From IMG/VR virus record IMGVR_UViG_3300032285_001316, positions 1-64,000 of that record: a stretch of DNA of 64,000 nt. One strand, written 5' to 3'. A program made the translations under genes and the position numbers. A model generated the notes under the pieces. It had not been told where the DNA came from. It did not search any database and saw only the letters and a list, made by a program, of their open reading frames with translations. This DNA comes from a virus. Positions 1 through 8,949 of this stretch are shown here, piece after piece. The first letter of the stretch is position 1. The number at the start of each line of letters is the position of its first letter.

Positions 1-2
1 AC

Positions 3-1565
3 ACCGTATTCAACGGTACGTGGACCATCTCGGGTCACACTACCACCACGGTTAGTTTTGCGCTGACACACACCAACATTACCGAAGCAAATGTTACGGG
101 TACCATGACTTACTCGTACAGCCAGAACCCTACATACGCTACATTTGCAGCTAAGCACCGTGGTCTGGATGGAAACAACATCCGTATCCAGATTGCTCAG
201 TCAAAGGCTATTCGTGAGACTGGGTACTACGATGTGACCGTTCTGTACGAAGCTGGTGTTCCTGACACCGTTGTTGGAAACGTTGTTACTGCAAACGCTG
301 GTGACGACACAATTGTTGAGCAGTTCAATGGCGTTGTTTTCAATGACCCACTGTCTGGTGACTACATTGTGTCTGTTCTCGAATTTGGCTCAGCCTATGT
401 TCGTGTACTTGAAGGTGCTGTTGTAGAATACCAGAACGACGGTTCGCTGGTTAGCCCAGAGGTTACTTACACCGTTGGTGGTGTAGGAACTCCTACAGTA
501 GACACAGTGTTCCCACTTTCAGGTGCTCCTAGCCCCGAGAATGCCCTTACATATGGTGACTACACAGGTAACTTCTACGTTGCAGGTCCCCCCGCAACTG
601 GTTATGATCCTGCTACTCCATCGGGAACGTTCAACGTTGATGACTGCGTAGTCTTCACGGAGTTCGAGACAATTGACAAGCCACTGGTGTTCTTCCTGCC
701 AGACGTAACGGCAAAGATTGCTGACACCCCAACTGCTACTACCCTCAGCGGTTGGACACGCGCCAAGGACGTCTACAACGCTCTTATTGAGTGGGTTGAG
801 GCTCCTAAGACCAACGGCCGTCACTTTGTTGTTGTTGAGACAGATGGTGGCCTGAGTGTTGACGGTGCTATTAGCGTTTCTGGTGATCTCACCGAAACCA
901 GCCGTGCAGCTGTTTACTACCCTCACGTATACATCAAGGATCCAGTAGGTCGTTCGGGTGCTTCGGTACGTCGTATCGGTCCTTCGGGTTCTGTTGCAGG
1001 TCTGTTCCTGAACACTGACCGTTTGGTTGGTCCCTTCAAGGCAGCTGCTGGTATCGACACCAAGATCGTTGATGCTATCGCTCTTGAGCGTGCATTCAGC
1101 TCAGCTGATCTTGACGCCCTAAACACAGGTGTTACCACAACGGGTATCATCAGCGGAAAGAACGTTGTAAACGCTATTCGTAACGTTCCTGGTGCTGGTG
1201 TTGTTGTTATGGGTGGCCGTACTCTCAAGCAGGATGGTACAGCTAACCGTTACGTCAACATGCGTCGTTCGCTGACCTACCTGGAAAAGCGCCTGAACGA
1301 CCTGGCCTCGTTTGCTGTATTCGAGAACAACACTGAGACACTGTGGGCACGACTCATCACTGTCGTAGGTGCGTTCCTCAATGAGTACCGTAACCAGGGT
1401 GGTCTTCGTGGATCCACCGTTGCTGAGTCATTCTACGTAAAGTGTGACGCAGAGAACAACACTCCCACCACTATCGCCGCTGGCGAGGTTCACGTCGAGG
1501 TTGGTGTTGCTCTTGAGTACCCAGCTGAGTTCGTGGTTATTAACCTCAGCCAGAAGACCGTTTAA
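3..1565 (+). CDS. Contractile tail sheath protein (5'-truncated by window edge)
   Basis: Frame is open from position 3. C-terminal sheath motifs: YYPHV, SGSVAG, GVVVMGGRTL, RYVNMRR, VFENNTETLW, VKCDAENN, PAEFVVI. Confidence 0.95.
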   Translation, partial: TVFNGTWTISGHTTTTVSFALTHTNITEANVTGTMTYSYSQNPTYATFAAKHRGLDGNNIRIQIAQSKAIRETGYYDVTVLYEAGVPDTVVGNVVTANAGDDTIVEQFNGVVFNDPLSGDYIVSVLEFGSAYVRVLEGAVVEYQNDGSLVSPEVTYTVGGVGTPTVDTVFPLSGAPSPENALTYGDYTGNFYVAGPPATGYDPATPSGTFNVDDCVVFTEFETIDKPLVFFLPDVTAKIADTPTATTLSGWTRAKDVYNALIEWVEAPKTNGRHFVVVETDGGLSVDGAISVSGDLTETSRAAVYYPHVYIKDPVGRSGASVRRIGPSGSVAGLFLNTDRLVGPFKAAAGIDTKIVDAIALERAFSSADLDALNTGVTTTGIISGKNVVNAIRNVPGAGVVVMGGRTLKQDGTANRYVNMRRSLTYLEKRLNDLASFAVFENNTETLWARLITVVGAFLNEYRNQGGLRGSTVAESFYVKCDAENNTPTTIAAGEVHVEVGVALEYPAEFVVINLSQKTV

Positions 1566-1587
1566 TCACTGAAGGAGAAAGTAATAA

Positions 1588-2223
1588 ATGGCTGGTCCAA
1601 CTATTATCAATAACCGCTCAACTCTTGAGACGGATCCGATTAGGAATTTCCGATTCCTGGTCACATTCAAGCCCCTGACTGGTGGAAACACTGGTGGTGG
1701 CTCATGGCTGCAGACTGCGTCTAAGGTCACCATTGGATTCACCTCGGTATCGGGTCTGTCGGTAAACACCGATAGCATCCCCTACCGTGAGGGTGGATAC
1801 AACACCACGGTTCACCAGATTCCTGGTCAGACCACATTCTCACCAATCACTCTGCAGCGCGGTGTCGTTCTCGGCACGTCGCAGCACTGGGACTGGATGC
1901 GGAAGTTGTTTGCAACGGTTCAGAACGGCACATCTTCACTCCAGGGTGAGAACTTCCGCGCTGACGTTGAGATCGAGGTACTCACACACCCAATCGCTGG
2001 TTCTGGTGGTTCAAATGTAGAGCTTACTTCGGACAACTACAAGGACCACGTTTCAGCACGTTTCCAGGTATACAACGCTTGGCCTACAAGCATTGCTTAC
2101 TCGGACCTTAACGCTGGTGACAACGCCCTCTTCGTAGAGCAGCTTACGCTGGTTCACGAGGGCTTTGACATGACGTGGGCTACCGACCTCACTCAGGGCG
2201 GAAGCGCTCCCGCGTTTAACTAA
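1588..2223 (+). CDS. Tail tube protein (T4 gp19-like)
   Basis: DPIRNFRFLV, GFTSVSGL, YREGG, ITLQRG, NAWP, EQLTLVHEG motifs; follows the sheath gene. Confidence 0.93.
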   Translation: MAGPTIINNRSTLETDPIRNFRFLVTFKPLTGGNTGGGSWLQTASKVTIGFTSVSGLSVNTDSIPYREGGYNTTVHQIPGQTTFSPITLQRGVVLGTSQHWDWMRKLFATVQNGTSSLQGENFRADVEIEVLTHPIAGSGGSNVELTSDNYKDHVSARFQVYNAWPTSIAYSDLNAGDNALFVEQLTLVHEGFDMTWATDLTQGGSAPAFN

Positions 2224-2250
2224 TAGCAATAACTAGGAGAATAATTCGTA

Positions 2251-3063
2251 ATGGAAAACGTAAAAACAGCCTCAGGAAACCAACTCAATAATGACCTTAT
2301 TGATCAAGTACTCTCGGCTACAGAACAACCTGAAGAACAAAATATTCACATCACTCCTCCTTCGGATACTCAGGTGGATCTCCCCGCTGGCTACATTACG
2401 CCAGACGGGGAGGTCGCCCGAGTAGCGGAAGTTCGCGAGCTAAATGGTCGCGATGAGGAAGCCCTCGGAAAGAGCGGTGGCGGAGCAAAGTCGTACAGCG
2501 TACTTCTTAGTCGTGCCGTTGTTTCTATCGGAGGACAGCCCGTCACCGAGCAGGTTCTTGATTCTTTGATTCTTGGAGATCGAGACGCACTTATGCTCGG
2601 TATTTACAAGGCAACATTTGGTCACACGGTAGAGCTGGTGGGTATTTGCCAGGGCTGCGGAGACTTTAAGACTGTTGAAGCAGACTTAAATCGCGATGTG
2701 ACAACAAAAGTATTGACAGATCCTGTAGCTGATCGAACATTTGTAGTTCAGGGACGTAGCAAGGAATTCCTTGTTACTCTTCCTACAGGTGCTCTGCAAA
2801 AGGAACTTGCTAATGCGGGAGACAAGTCAGCTGGAGAAAAGAATACGATTCTCCTTCAGAACACTGTTCTTGAGATTGACGGAAGCCCCGTAATCGGTAA
2901 AGCACAGGTTCAAAACCTAGGAGTAATGGACCGAAACACCATTGCTGCCGAAATTGGTAAGCGACTACCTGGCCCACAATTTGAGGACATCACACTCAGC
3001 TGCCCTGAATGTGAGGGAATGGTGGTGGTTCCGTTTAATCTCGGAACTTTGTTTCAGCTCTAA
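2251..3063 (+). CDS. Tail/baseplate assembly chaperone (T4 gp26-like)
   Basis: LPAG..EVRELNGRDEE, GDRDALMLGI, CxxC pairs (CQGC, CPEC); lies between tube and tape measure. Confidence 0.75.
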   Translation: MENVKTASGNQLNNDLIDQVLSATEQPEEQNIHITPPSDTQVDLPAGYITPDGEVARVAEVRELNGRDEEALGKSGGGAKSYSVLLSRAVVSIGGQPVTEQVLDSLILGDRDALMLGIYKATFGHTVELVGICQGCGDFKTVEADLNRDVTTKVLTDPVADRTFVVQGRSKEFLVTLPTGALQKELANAGDKSAGEKNTILLQNTVLEIDGSPVIGKAQVQNLGVMDRNTIAAEIGKRLPGPQFEDITLSCPECEGMVVVPFNLGTLFQL

Positions 3064-3085
3064 AGTATCTTCCTACGAAAACCTG

Positions 3086-3220
3086 ATGGTGGACTGGGTT
3101 GTTTTAACCAACTTTTTCCCTGGATGGTCCTTAGAAGAAATTAAGTCTCTTTCACCCAGAGAAAGAAAAAACTGGATAGACCTCTCTACGGGGTTTAGAA
3201 AAGCCCAAGTAAGGATTTAG
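3086..3220 (+). CDS. Small tail assembly chaperone second part (possibly reached by +1 frameshift)
   Basis: GWSLEEIKSLSPRERKNW motif typical of the second chaperone ORF; frame is open from 2942 and overlaps the end of the upstream gene. Confidence 0.7.
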   Translation: MVDWVVLTNFFPGWSLEEIKSLSPRERKNWIDLSTGFRKAQVRI

Positions 3221-3223
3221 CGT

Positions 3224-5755
3224 ATGCCAGAAATCGATAGCTTTGAGAAGCTCGTTTCTGTACTCAATGAGGCAAAGAAACTGTCGTCTCAAATTGAGTC
3301 GTCTTGGGAGAAGATTGAGAAAGCTTCTAAGGGAGCGTCAGAATCAGGCATTGGCGGAAACGTTGGTGGTCAAGCTGGTCACTCTAAAGGACGGCAAGTC
3401 GCATCCAGTTTTTCTGGTAGCGGTGCACCCAAAAAGACTGGGGCCATGCCTTCTCAGGGAGATATGGCCGCTGGTGGTGGAACTGGCTTAGGCAGGGTCG
3501 CTGCAGCTGCTACCCGCGCAGTTTTTGGTGGTTCTCGCGGAGGTGGGAGGGGTTCTGCCCTTAACTCTTTTATGCAGATGCAGCCAGAACAGCAGCAATC
3601 TATTTCTAGTAACTTGTTTGGTTTGGGGGATGCGCTAGCTCTATTCCAAAACATGTCTTCAGCAACTGCTCAGTTCCTCCCTGGTGTATCTGACACCATG
3701 AATCGTGCCACAAAGTATTACAATGCCACTACATACGGTGGAAACCAAATGTCTCGCAATGCTGTTCAGTCGGCTACATTTGGCACGCTTGGCGGTATGG
3801 CTGGGATTACTTCTGCTGGATCTGACGCTGCTGTTGCACAGATTTTATCTGGTCGTGGAATGACTGTTTCATCAGATCCAAACAGCACGTACCAGCAGAC
3901 CTTGCGTACGGTAGCAAATGCGGGGCGCTATCTCAACATCTCCAATGAGCAAGCTGCTGCATCTGTAGAGGGGCTGACCTCTGCTAAGGGTTCCGCAAAT
4001 ATGCTGCGTAACTTTGGTATTTACACGGCTGATCTGAGCACAGGTAAAGAAAAGACTCAGGGGCAGATTTTCCAAGAACTGGCTGACCGACTTACCGCTG
4101 GTCGTGGACAAGCCACAGTAGAGCAGACGCAGGCGTCTATCCGTCGCGGCGCTCTGGGTGTGACTATTGACTCCTTCTTCCAAGGAGATCAGCAAGGTGC
4201 ACAAATGTTCAAGCAGTACATGATTGAACGTGCTGGTGGAAAAACGATGGACCTCTCGCAGGCCACTCCTATGGGTGGTCCCGCAGGCAACCAGAACCCT
4301 CTGCAGCCTCAAATGAATTTGGCGACAAAACAAACTGGCGCAATGGGCATGGCTGAGTCAGAATTCATTAAGGGTGTTACGGCTGCCACAGGAGCACTCA
4401 GTGCCCTGACAGATGCGTCTGGTGGTCTTGCGTCTGTGATTGGTGGGGCTTCCTCCCTTTTGCAAACACTTCTTGGTAATCAGAGTTTTAAGGGTCTGAC
4501 TAGCGGCGCTACCTCTCTTGTTAACTTTGCTAGCAAGGGCATCACGGGAATTAGCAACACTCTTGCGGGGCTAAACCCACTTAACCCCGCTCCTTCACTC
4601 CTTCAGGCGGGAGTAATCGCGGGTGGTATGACAGCTGCAATTGGCGGTGTTGCAGCTATGGGCGGTGTGGCTCAGATGGCGGCTAATGCTTTTGGCGGAA
4701 CTGGAGGGTCTTCTTCGTCATTAACGGGGTCTATAGGAAGCCCTTTTTCTGGAAAGGGAGCGTCAGTATCTACGGCGTTTAATCCATCAAGCGACTTCAG
4801 TAACATTCCTGGTATGCGACAAGGAGACGCTGTAACCAGTTCTTCTGGAACTGGATCCCCCGCTATTGGTCAAGCTATGGTTTCTCTTGATTACCTCTCA
4901 GGAGTTCAGCACACCACAGAATATGGTGAACCTCAGGCGGTTGTTGGAGGAATTCACCACGGAACAGACTACGGCCTTCCTGCTGGAGCAGATGTTAAAG
5001 CGGTTGCCGACGGTGTGGTATGGAGCGTCATCACTTCAGGTCAGGTTTGGACTCAGGCTCAAATTGACTCTGGTAGAGGTCCTGGTGGAATTGACGGAAA
5101 CCAGGTAAAGCTCAAGCACACAGCTGCTGATGGAACGGTGTTCTTCAGTATGTACAACCACCTATCTCAAGTACTGGTTTCCACAAGTGACCAGGTAACT
5201 AGAGGACAGGTAATCGGTAAGGTTGGTCGAACTGGCGCTGCCACAGGTCCCCATCTTCACCTGGAATTCCAAAACTCTCATGGAACACCCATTCCTCCAG
5301 GAGAAGTTATGGGATATTTGGAGGGGGCAAATAGTGGTGGACAGGCAACTAGCTCCTCGGGGTCGTATAGTCAAAAGGCGCTTACAGATGCTATGACCCA
5401 AGGGGCTAAATATCAGCAGATGCCCACCGCTGCAGTAAACGCGTTTAACACACTGCAAAGTCTCTACTCTGGAGATACATCACAGATTCTTGCAGCTGTT
5501 AATACTATGGGCGGTACTCTTGGAATTAGCCCTAGTATCTTAGGGCAGTACATGAACGCGACTAACCCTACAGCAGGTACCCCTGCCGCATCAGCAGCGG
5601 CTGCTGCTGCCTCTGGCGGTGGGGCGGTAAACAACAACGTTAGTATTACAGTTCAAGTTCCCGATGTAACATCTGCTGACGCACTAAAATTTGCCAACCT
5701 TGTTAAGTCCTACCTGGACAACAACACGCTCATGTCTAACACAGGAAGTGTATAG
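3224..5755 (+). CDS. Tape measure protein with C-terminal M23 peptidase domain
   Basis: Long Ala/Gly/Ser-rich helical protein after the chaperones; M23 motifs HHGTDY, YNHL, GPHLHLE. Confidence 0.88.
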   Translation: MPEIDSFEKLVSVLNEAKKLSSQIESSWEKIEKASKGASESGIGGNVGGQAGHSKGRQVASSFSGSGAPKKTGAMPSQGDMAAGGGTGLGRVAAAATRAVFGGSRGGGRGSALNSFMQMQPEQQQSISSNLFGLGDALALFQNMSSATAQFLPGVSDTMNRATKYYNATTYGGNQMSRNAVQSATFGTLGGMAGITSAGSDAAVAQILSGRGMTVSSDPNSTYQQTLRTVANAGRYLNISNEQAAASVEGLTSAKGSANMLRNFGIYTADLSTGKEKTQGQIFQELADRLTAGRGQATVEQTQASIRRGALGVTIDSFFQGDQQGAQMFKQYMIERAGGKTMDLSQATPMGGPAGNQNPLQPQMNLATKQTGAMGMAESEFIKGVTAATGALSALTDASGGLASVIGGASSLLQTLLGNQSFKGLTSGATSLVNFASKGITGISNTLAGLNPLNPAPSLLQAGVIAGGMTAAIGGVAAMGGVAQMAANAFGGTGGSSSSLTGSIGSPFSGKGASVSTAFNPSSDFSNIPGMRQGDAVTSSSGTGSPAIGQAMVSLDYLSGVQHTTEYGEPQAVVGGIHHGTDYGLPAGADVKAVADGVVWSVITSGQVWTQAQIDSGRGPGGIDGNQVKLKHTAADGTVFFSMYNHLSQVLVSTSDQVTRGQVIGKVGRTGAATGPHLHLEFQNSHGTPIPPGEVMGYLEGANSGGQATSSSGSYSQKALTDAMTQGAKYQQMPTAAVNAFNTLQSLYSGDTSQILAAVNTMGGTLGISPSILGQYMNATNPTAGTPAASAAAAAASGGGAVNNNVSITVQVPDVTSADALKFANLVKSYLDNNTLMSNTGSV

Positions 5756-5758
5756 TAG

Positions 5759-6985
5759 ATGGCTAGTAAAGTTATACAAAGTATTACTAAGAATACACAG
5801 ACATCTCGTGATCGTCTTCTTGCGGAAAAGCGCCGTGCAGAAACGGCCATCAAGGCCGCAACTGCGACGTCTAGCATTGATCAAAAGGTGGCAGATTTGA
5901 CCACTGAAGTAGTTGTTCTTGACACGAGTATTTCTCAAAAGACGCTTGCTCTTCAGAGCCTCATTACTTCGGGAGCGTCACAAGGAGCAATTAATGCAGC
6001 CTTGATTGACCTGAGTACGACTAAAGATACTCGACTGGCTATTTCTGAACAGCTTACAGCTGCTCAGATTCAGAGTGTTAATGCTAAGTCAACTCAAAGC
6101 GCGGCAGGAACTATTGCGGTTGCTTCTGCTGCTGCACGAGTAACCACCCTTGCCTCAGGTACATACCAGGGAAGTAGTAGCCAAATTACAGGGTCTCTGC
6201 TGTACAACGCCAGTGCTGTTAAAGAAGCGTACTTCAGTAACAAGACTAACTTTACTGGCCGTGTTCAAGGCCCCTTTAACCAGCCCTCTGCTGTAAGTGC
6301 CGCTAGTCAACTGTGGGCATCATCTACGGGTAGCAAGGGAATGATCGTTACATCCGAGCAGGTTCTTAAGGCCTGGAACTCTGGCTCGAACAAACCGCAA
6401 AGTGCAAACTACTTTGATAACCACAACTATGGTTTCCAGTTCCAGTACAACCCTGGAACGGTGGGGATGTCGTACTTTACTGCCCCCAATGTAGACGTCG
6501 CCATGATGACAAGTGGTACTGAAATGTTTAACTTGGCGGGTGTTTCTGGTTCTCAAGGATCCGTTAGCTTCCAGATTGTCATTAATCGCATCTTTGATAT
6601 GCAGTACTACACCTCTTCAGGAGCGTTTAAACCTGGCGTATCCGACACGGACATCTACCCCGTGCGCCCTAACAATACATCTGATTATTTGGATATCTAC
6701 AATAAGGGCACCATGTACGACGTAGAATACCTGCTGCGTGTTCTTATGGGAACAACAATGACTAGTTACCTCCGTGGAACCAAGACTGCTGACATGGGGT
6801 GGCTCCCCGCAATTCCTGTGGAACTACACCTTGGTAAGAGTCTTCGTTACTTGGGAACAATCAACTCATTGAACATTAACCACGTTATTTTTGATTCTAG
6901 AATGGTTCCCCTGTTTACAACAATGGATATTGCGTTTGCCCGCCTACCAGACTACCCACCAGCTGGAACGACAGCTACGTCTTAG
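5759..6985 (+). CDS. Tail tube initiator / baseplate-tube junction protein
   Basis: FQFQYNPGTV motif and tube-like C-terminal half; located after the tape measure. Confidence 0.65.
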   Translation: MASKVIQSITKNTQTSRDRLLAEKRRAETAIKAATATSSIDQKVADLTTEVVVLDTSISQKTLALQSLITSGASQGAINAALIDLSTTKDTRLAISEQLTAAQIQSVNAKSTQSAAGTIAVASAAARVTTLASGTYQGSSSQITGSLLYNASAVKEAYFSNKTNFTGRVQGPFNQPSAVSAASQLWASSTGSKGMIVTSEQVLKAWNSGSNKPQSANYFDNHNYGFQFQYNPGTVGMSYFTAPNVDVAMMTSGTEMFNLAGVSGSQGSVSFQIVINRIFDMQYYTSSGAFKPGVSDTDIYPVRPNNTSDYLDIYNKGTMYDVEYLLRVLMGTTMTSYLRGTKTADMGWLPAIPVELHLGKSLRYLGTINSLNINHVIFDSRMVPLFTTMDIAFARLPDYPPAGTTATS

Positions 6986-6993
6986 GAGTTATT

Positions 6994-7269
6994 ATGATTT
7001 TTTCAGACAGCAGATACGCTAAAGGACTTGTTACCAAGGTACAGGACCCTAGGAACGGCGTTTATCGCCTAGCGGTTTACCGTAAGTTTCCTACAGCTCG
7101 CGCTCAGTTTTACTTCTACACATGGGTAGAAGGAGATCGCATCGACCGAGTTGCTGCGGACCTATTAGGTAGCCCATCTTTCTGGTGGAAGATCATGGAC
7201 TTTAACCCAGAGATTATTGATCCGTTCAGCATTCCTATTGGTACGACTCTAAGGATTCCGAGTGTCTAG
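6994..7269 (+). CDS. LysM / tail protein X-like baseplate protein
   Basis: EGDRIDRVAADLLGSPSFWWKIMDFNP..IGTTLRIP LysM-like signature. Confidence 0.85.
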   Translation: MIFSDSRYAKGLVTKVQDPRNGVYRLAVYRKFPTARAQFYFYTWVEGDRIDRVAADLLGSPSFWWKIMDFNPEIIDPFSIPIGTTLRIPSV

Positions 7270-8539
7270 TCTAACTACGACTAAATACAGGAAGGGTACT
7301 GCGACCCATGTTTCTTTTCCTACGGTTCCTTCTTTAACTGCGCAGCCTCGAAAGATTGATCTATTACAAAATCAATACAACCACGATATTTTGACGCTGG
7401 AGTTTCCTGCGGAGAGCACACTCTGGTTTGAAACTTTAAAAACGGGTATCCCTGTTGAGTTTAACTGGAGGCAAGATACTCTGGATAAAAATTGGGTGGG
7501 ATACGTCTCGTCTATTTCTAAAATAAATGCTCCTCAGAGAACCAACATTATGCAAGTCATGTGTGTAGGAGGAACCTTTCCCCTTAAGCAGCGTGCCACA
7601 CGAGTGTTTGAAAATTCCACAGTACCTGATGCTGTTAGTGCTATTGCTTCCGAGTTTGGGTTTAATGTACTTACTGAACCTCACAAGCAGGTATTTCCTC
7701 AGCTGGCTATTACTGGAAACTCCTACTGGGAGTGGATCCAAGAGCAGGCCAAGCGTATTGGTTATGGCGTAATTATTGATGGTATGACGTTTGTTTTTAA
7801 GCCTATAGACAAACTAATTGACATGACATTTTCTAATGCTCCTATACTTTCTTTGGGAAATGCTGGCGCTCCTTTTAACACCCAGTTTTTAGACCGAACT
7901 CTTGATGAGTTCAGCATTATTTATGGTGACAATGTTGAAAGTTCTGCTAACTTCAGGACTGTAAAGAATGTTGGTGGTGTGGACCCTGAAACCGCACAGG
8001 TGTTACTCTCTACCGCCAGTCCAGATACAGTAGGAGACTCTCTTCGTCAGGATGTTAGCCAGGTTCTTTTCTCTGAGTTTAGGACAGACAGGGTAGTCAA
8101 CTCTATCGATGACGCCCGTCAAATTGCTAATGCCGCAGCTCAATTGTCTCGGTTTAGCATTCCAGCAAAGATAAAGGGGCAAGGAGACCCTCGGCTGCGT
8201 CCATTTGGAACAGTGTATGTTTCTGGTACGGGAAACCTTACTGACGGATTCTGGATTATTAATTCTGTCCACCACATGTTCCATCAGATTGGTGATTATC
8301 AAGTGGAGATGTCAGTATCTACCGATGGTATTGGGGATACGGTTGTAGAAACTCCTTTTAGAACTAGAACCGAGACGGGCCAAGGCACGATAAACTTAAA
8401 TGAAGCCTTAATTAATGCGGGTGCTGCTGCACTGGCATTTACCATGGAATCAGTAAAGCTTACGGACTACACACAGTACGCGACGGAATCAAACCAAGGT
8501 TATTTACGTACGCCTACTAGATGGCAGAATGCAGGTTAA
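7262..8539 (+). CDS. Baseplate hub protein (gp27/gpD/VgrG-like)
   Basis: GQGDPRLRP..V.VSG.G..DG.W.I.SV.H hub motif; synteny. Confidence 0.8.
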   Translation: MSSLTTTKYRKGTATHVSFPTVPSLTAQPRKIDLLQNQYNHDILTLEFPAESTLWFETLKTGIPVEFNWRQDTLDKNWVGYVSSISKINAPQRTNIMQVMCVGGTFPLKQRATRVFENSTVPDAVSAIASEFGFNVLTEPHKQVFPQLAITGNSYWEWIQEQAKRIGYGVIIDGMTFVFKPIDKLIDMTFSNAPILSLGNAGAPFNTQFLDRTLDEFSIIYGDNVESSANFRTVKNVGGVDPETAQVLLSTASPDTVGDSLRQDVSQVLFSEFRTDRVVNSIDDARQIANAAAQLSRFSIPAKIKGQGDPRLRPFGTVYVSGTGNLTDGFWIINSVHHMFHQIGDYQVEMSVSTDGIGDTVVETPFRTRTETGQGTINLNEALINAGAAALAFTMESVKLTDYTQYATESNQGYLRTPTRWQNAG

Positions 8540-8541
8540 CA

Positions 8542-8949
8542 ATGACAGAAGTAGCACTTGTTTTGCCATTCAGTTTGAATCCTCAGACTGGAACTATCAT
8601 GACGACTACAAACCAAGACCTTATTTGGTCTAACAGGGTGCGTATTGCCGTAGAAACCGCCCTTGGGGAACGCGTGATGCGCCCTACTTATGGTACAAAA
8701 ATTCCTAATGCCTTGTTCAATACTGTTGACGGATTTGATGACGTTCTTCAAAAAGAAATTGGCAGGGTTTTTGTTGATCAGCTGCCTCTTTTGAAGCTAG
8801 TTTCGATAAGCACGTCACACGACACTGCTTACAATAAACTTTCTGTAAATGTCACGTACCAACTTCCAAACAACACAGAAATTACAACCAAGGCTGGTGT
8901 CATGGTTATTTCCAATGTTAACCCGCCTTACCAGGAGCTTACATCATGA
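8542..8949 (+). CDS. Baseplate wedge protein (gp25/gpW-like)
   Basis: TALGERVMRPTYG signature. Confidence 0.88.
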   Translation: MTEVALVLPFSLNPQTGTIMTTTNQDLIWSNRVRIAVETALGERVMRPTYGTKIPNALFNTVDGFDDVLQKEIGRVFVDQLPLLKLVSISTSHDTAYNKLSVNVTYQLPNNTEITTKAGVMVISNVNPPYQELTS

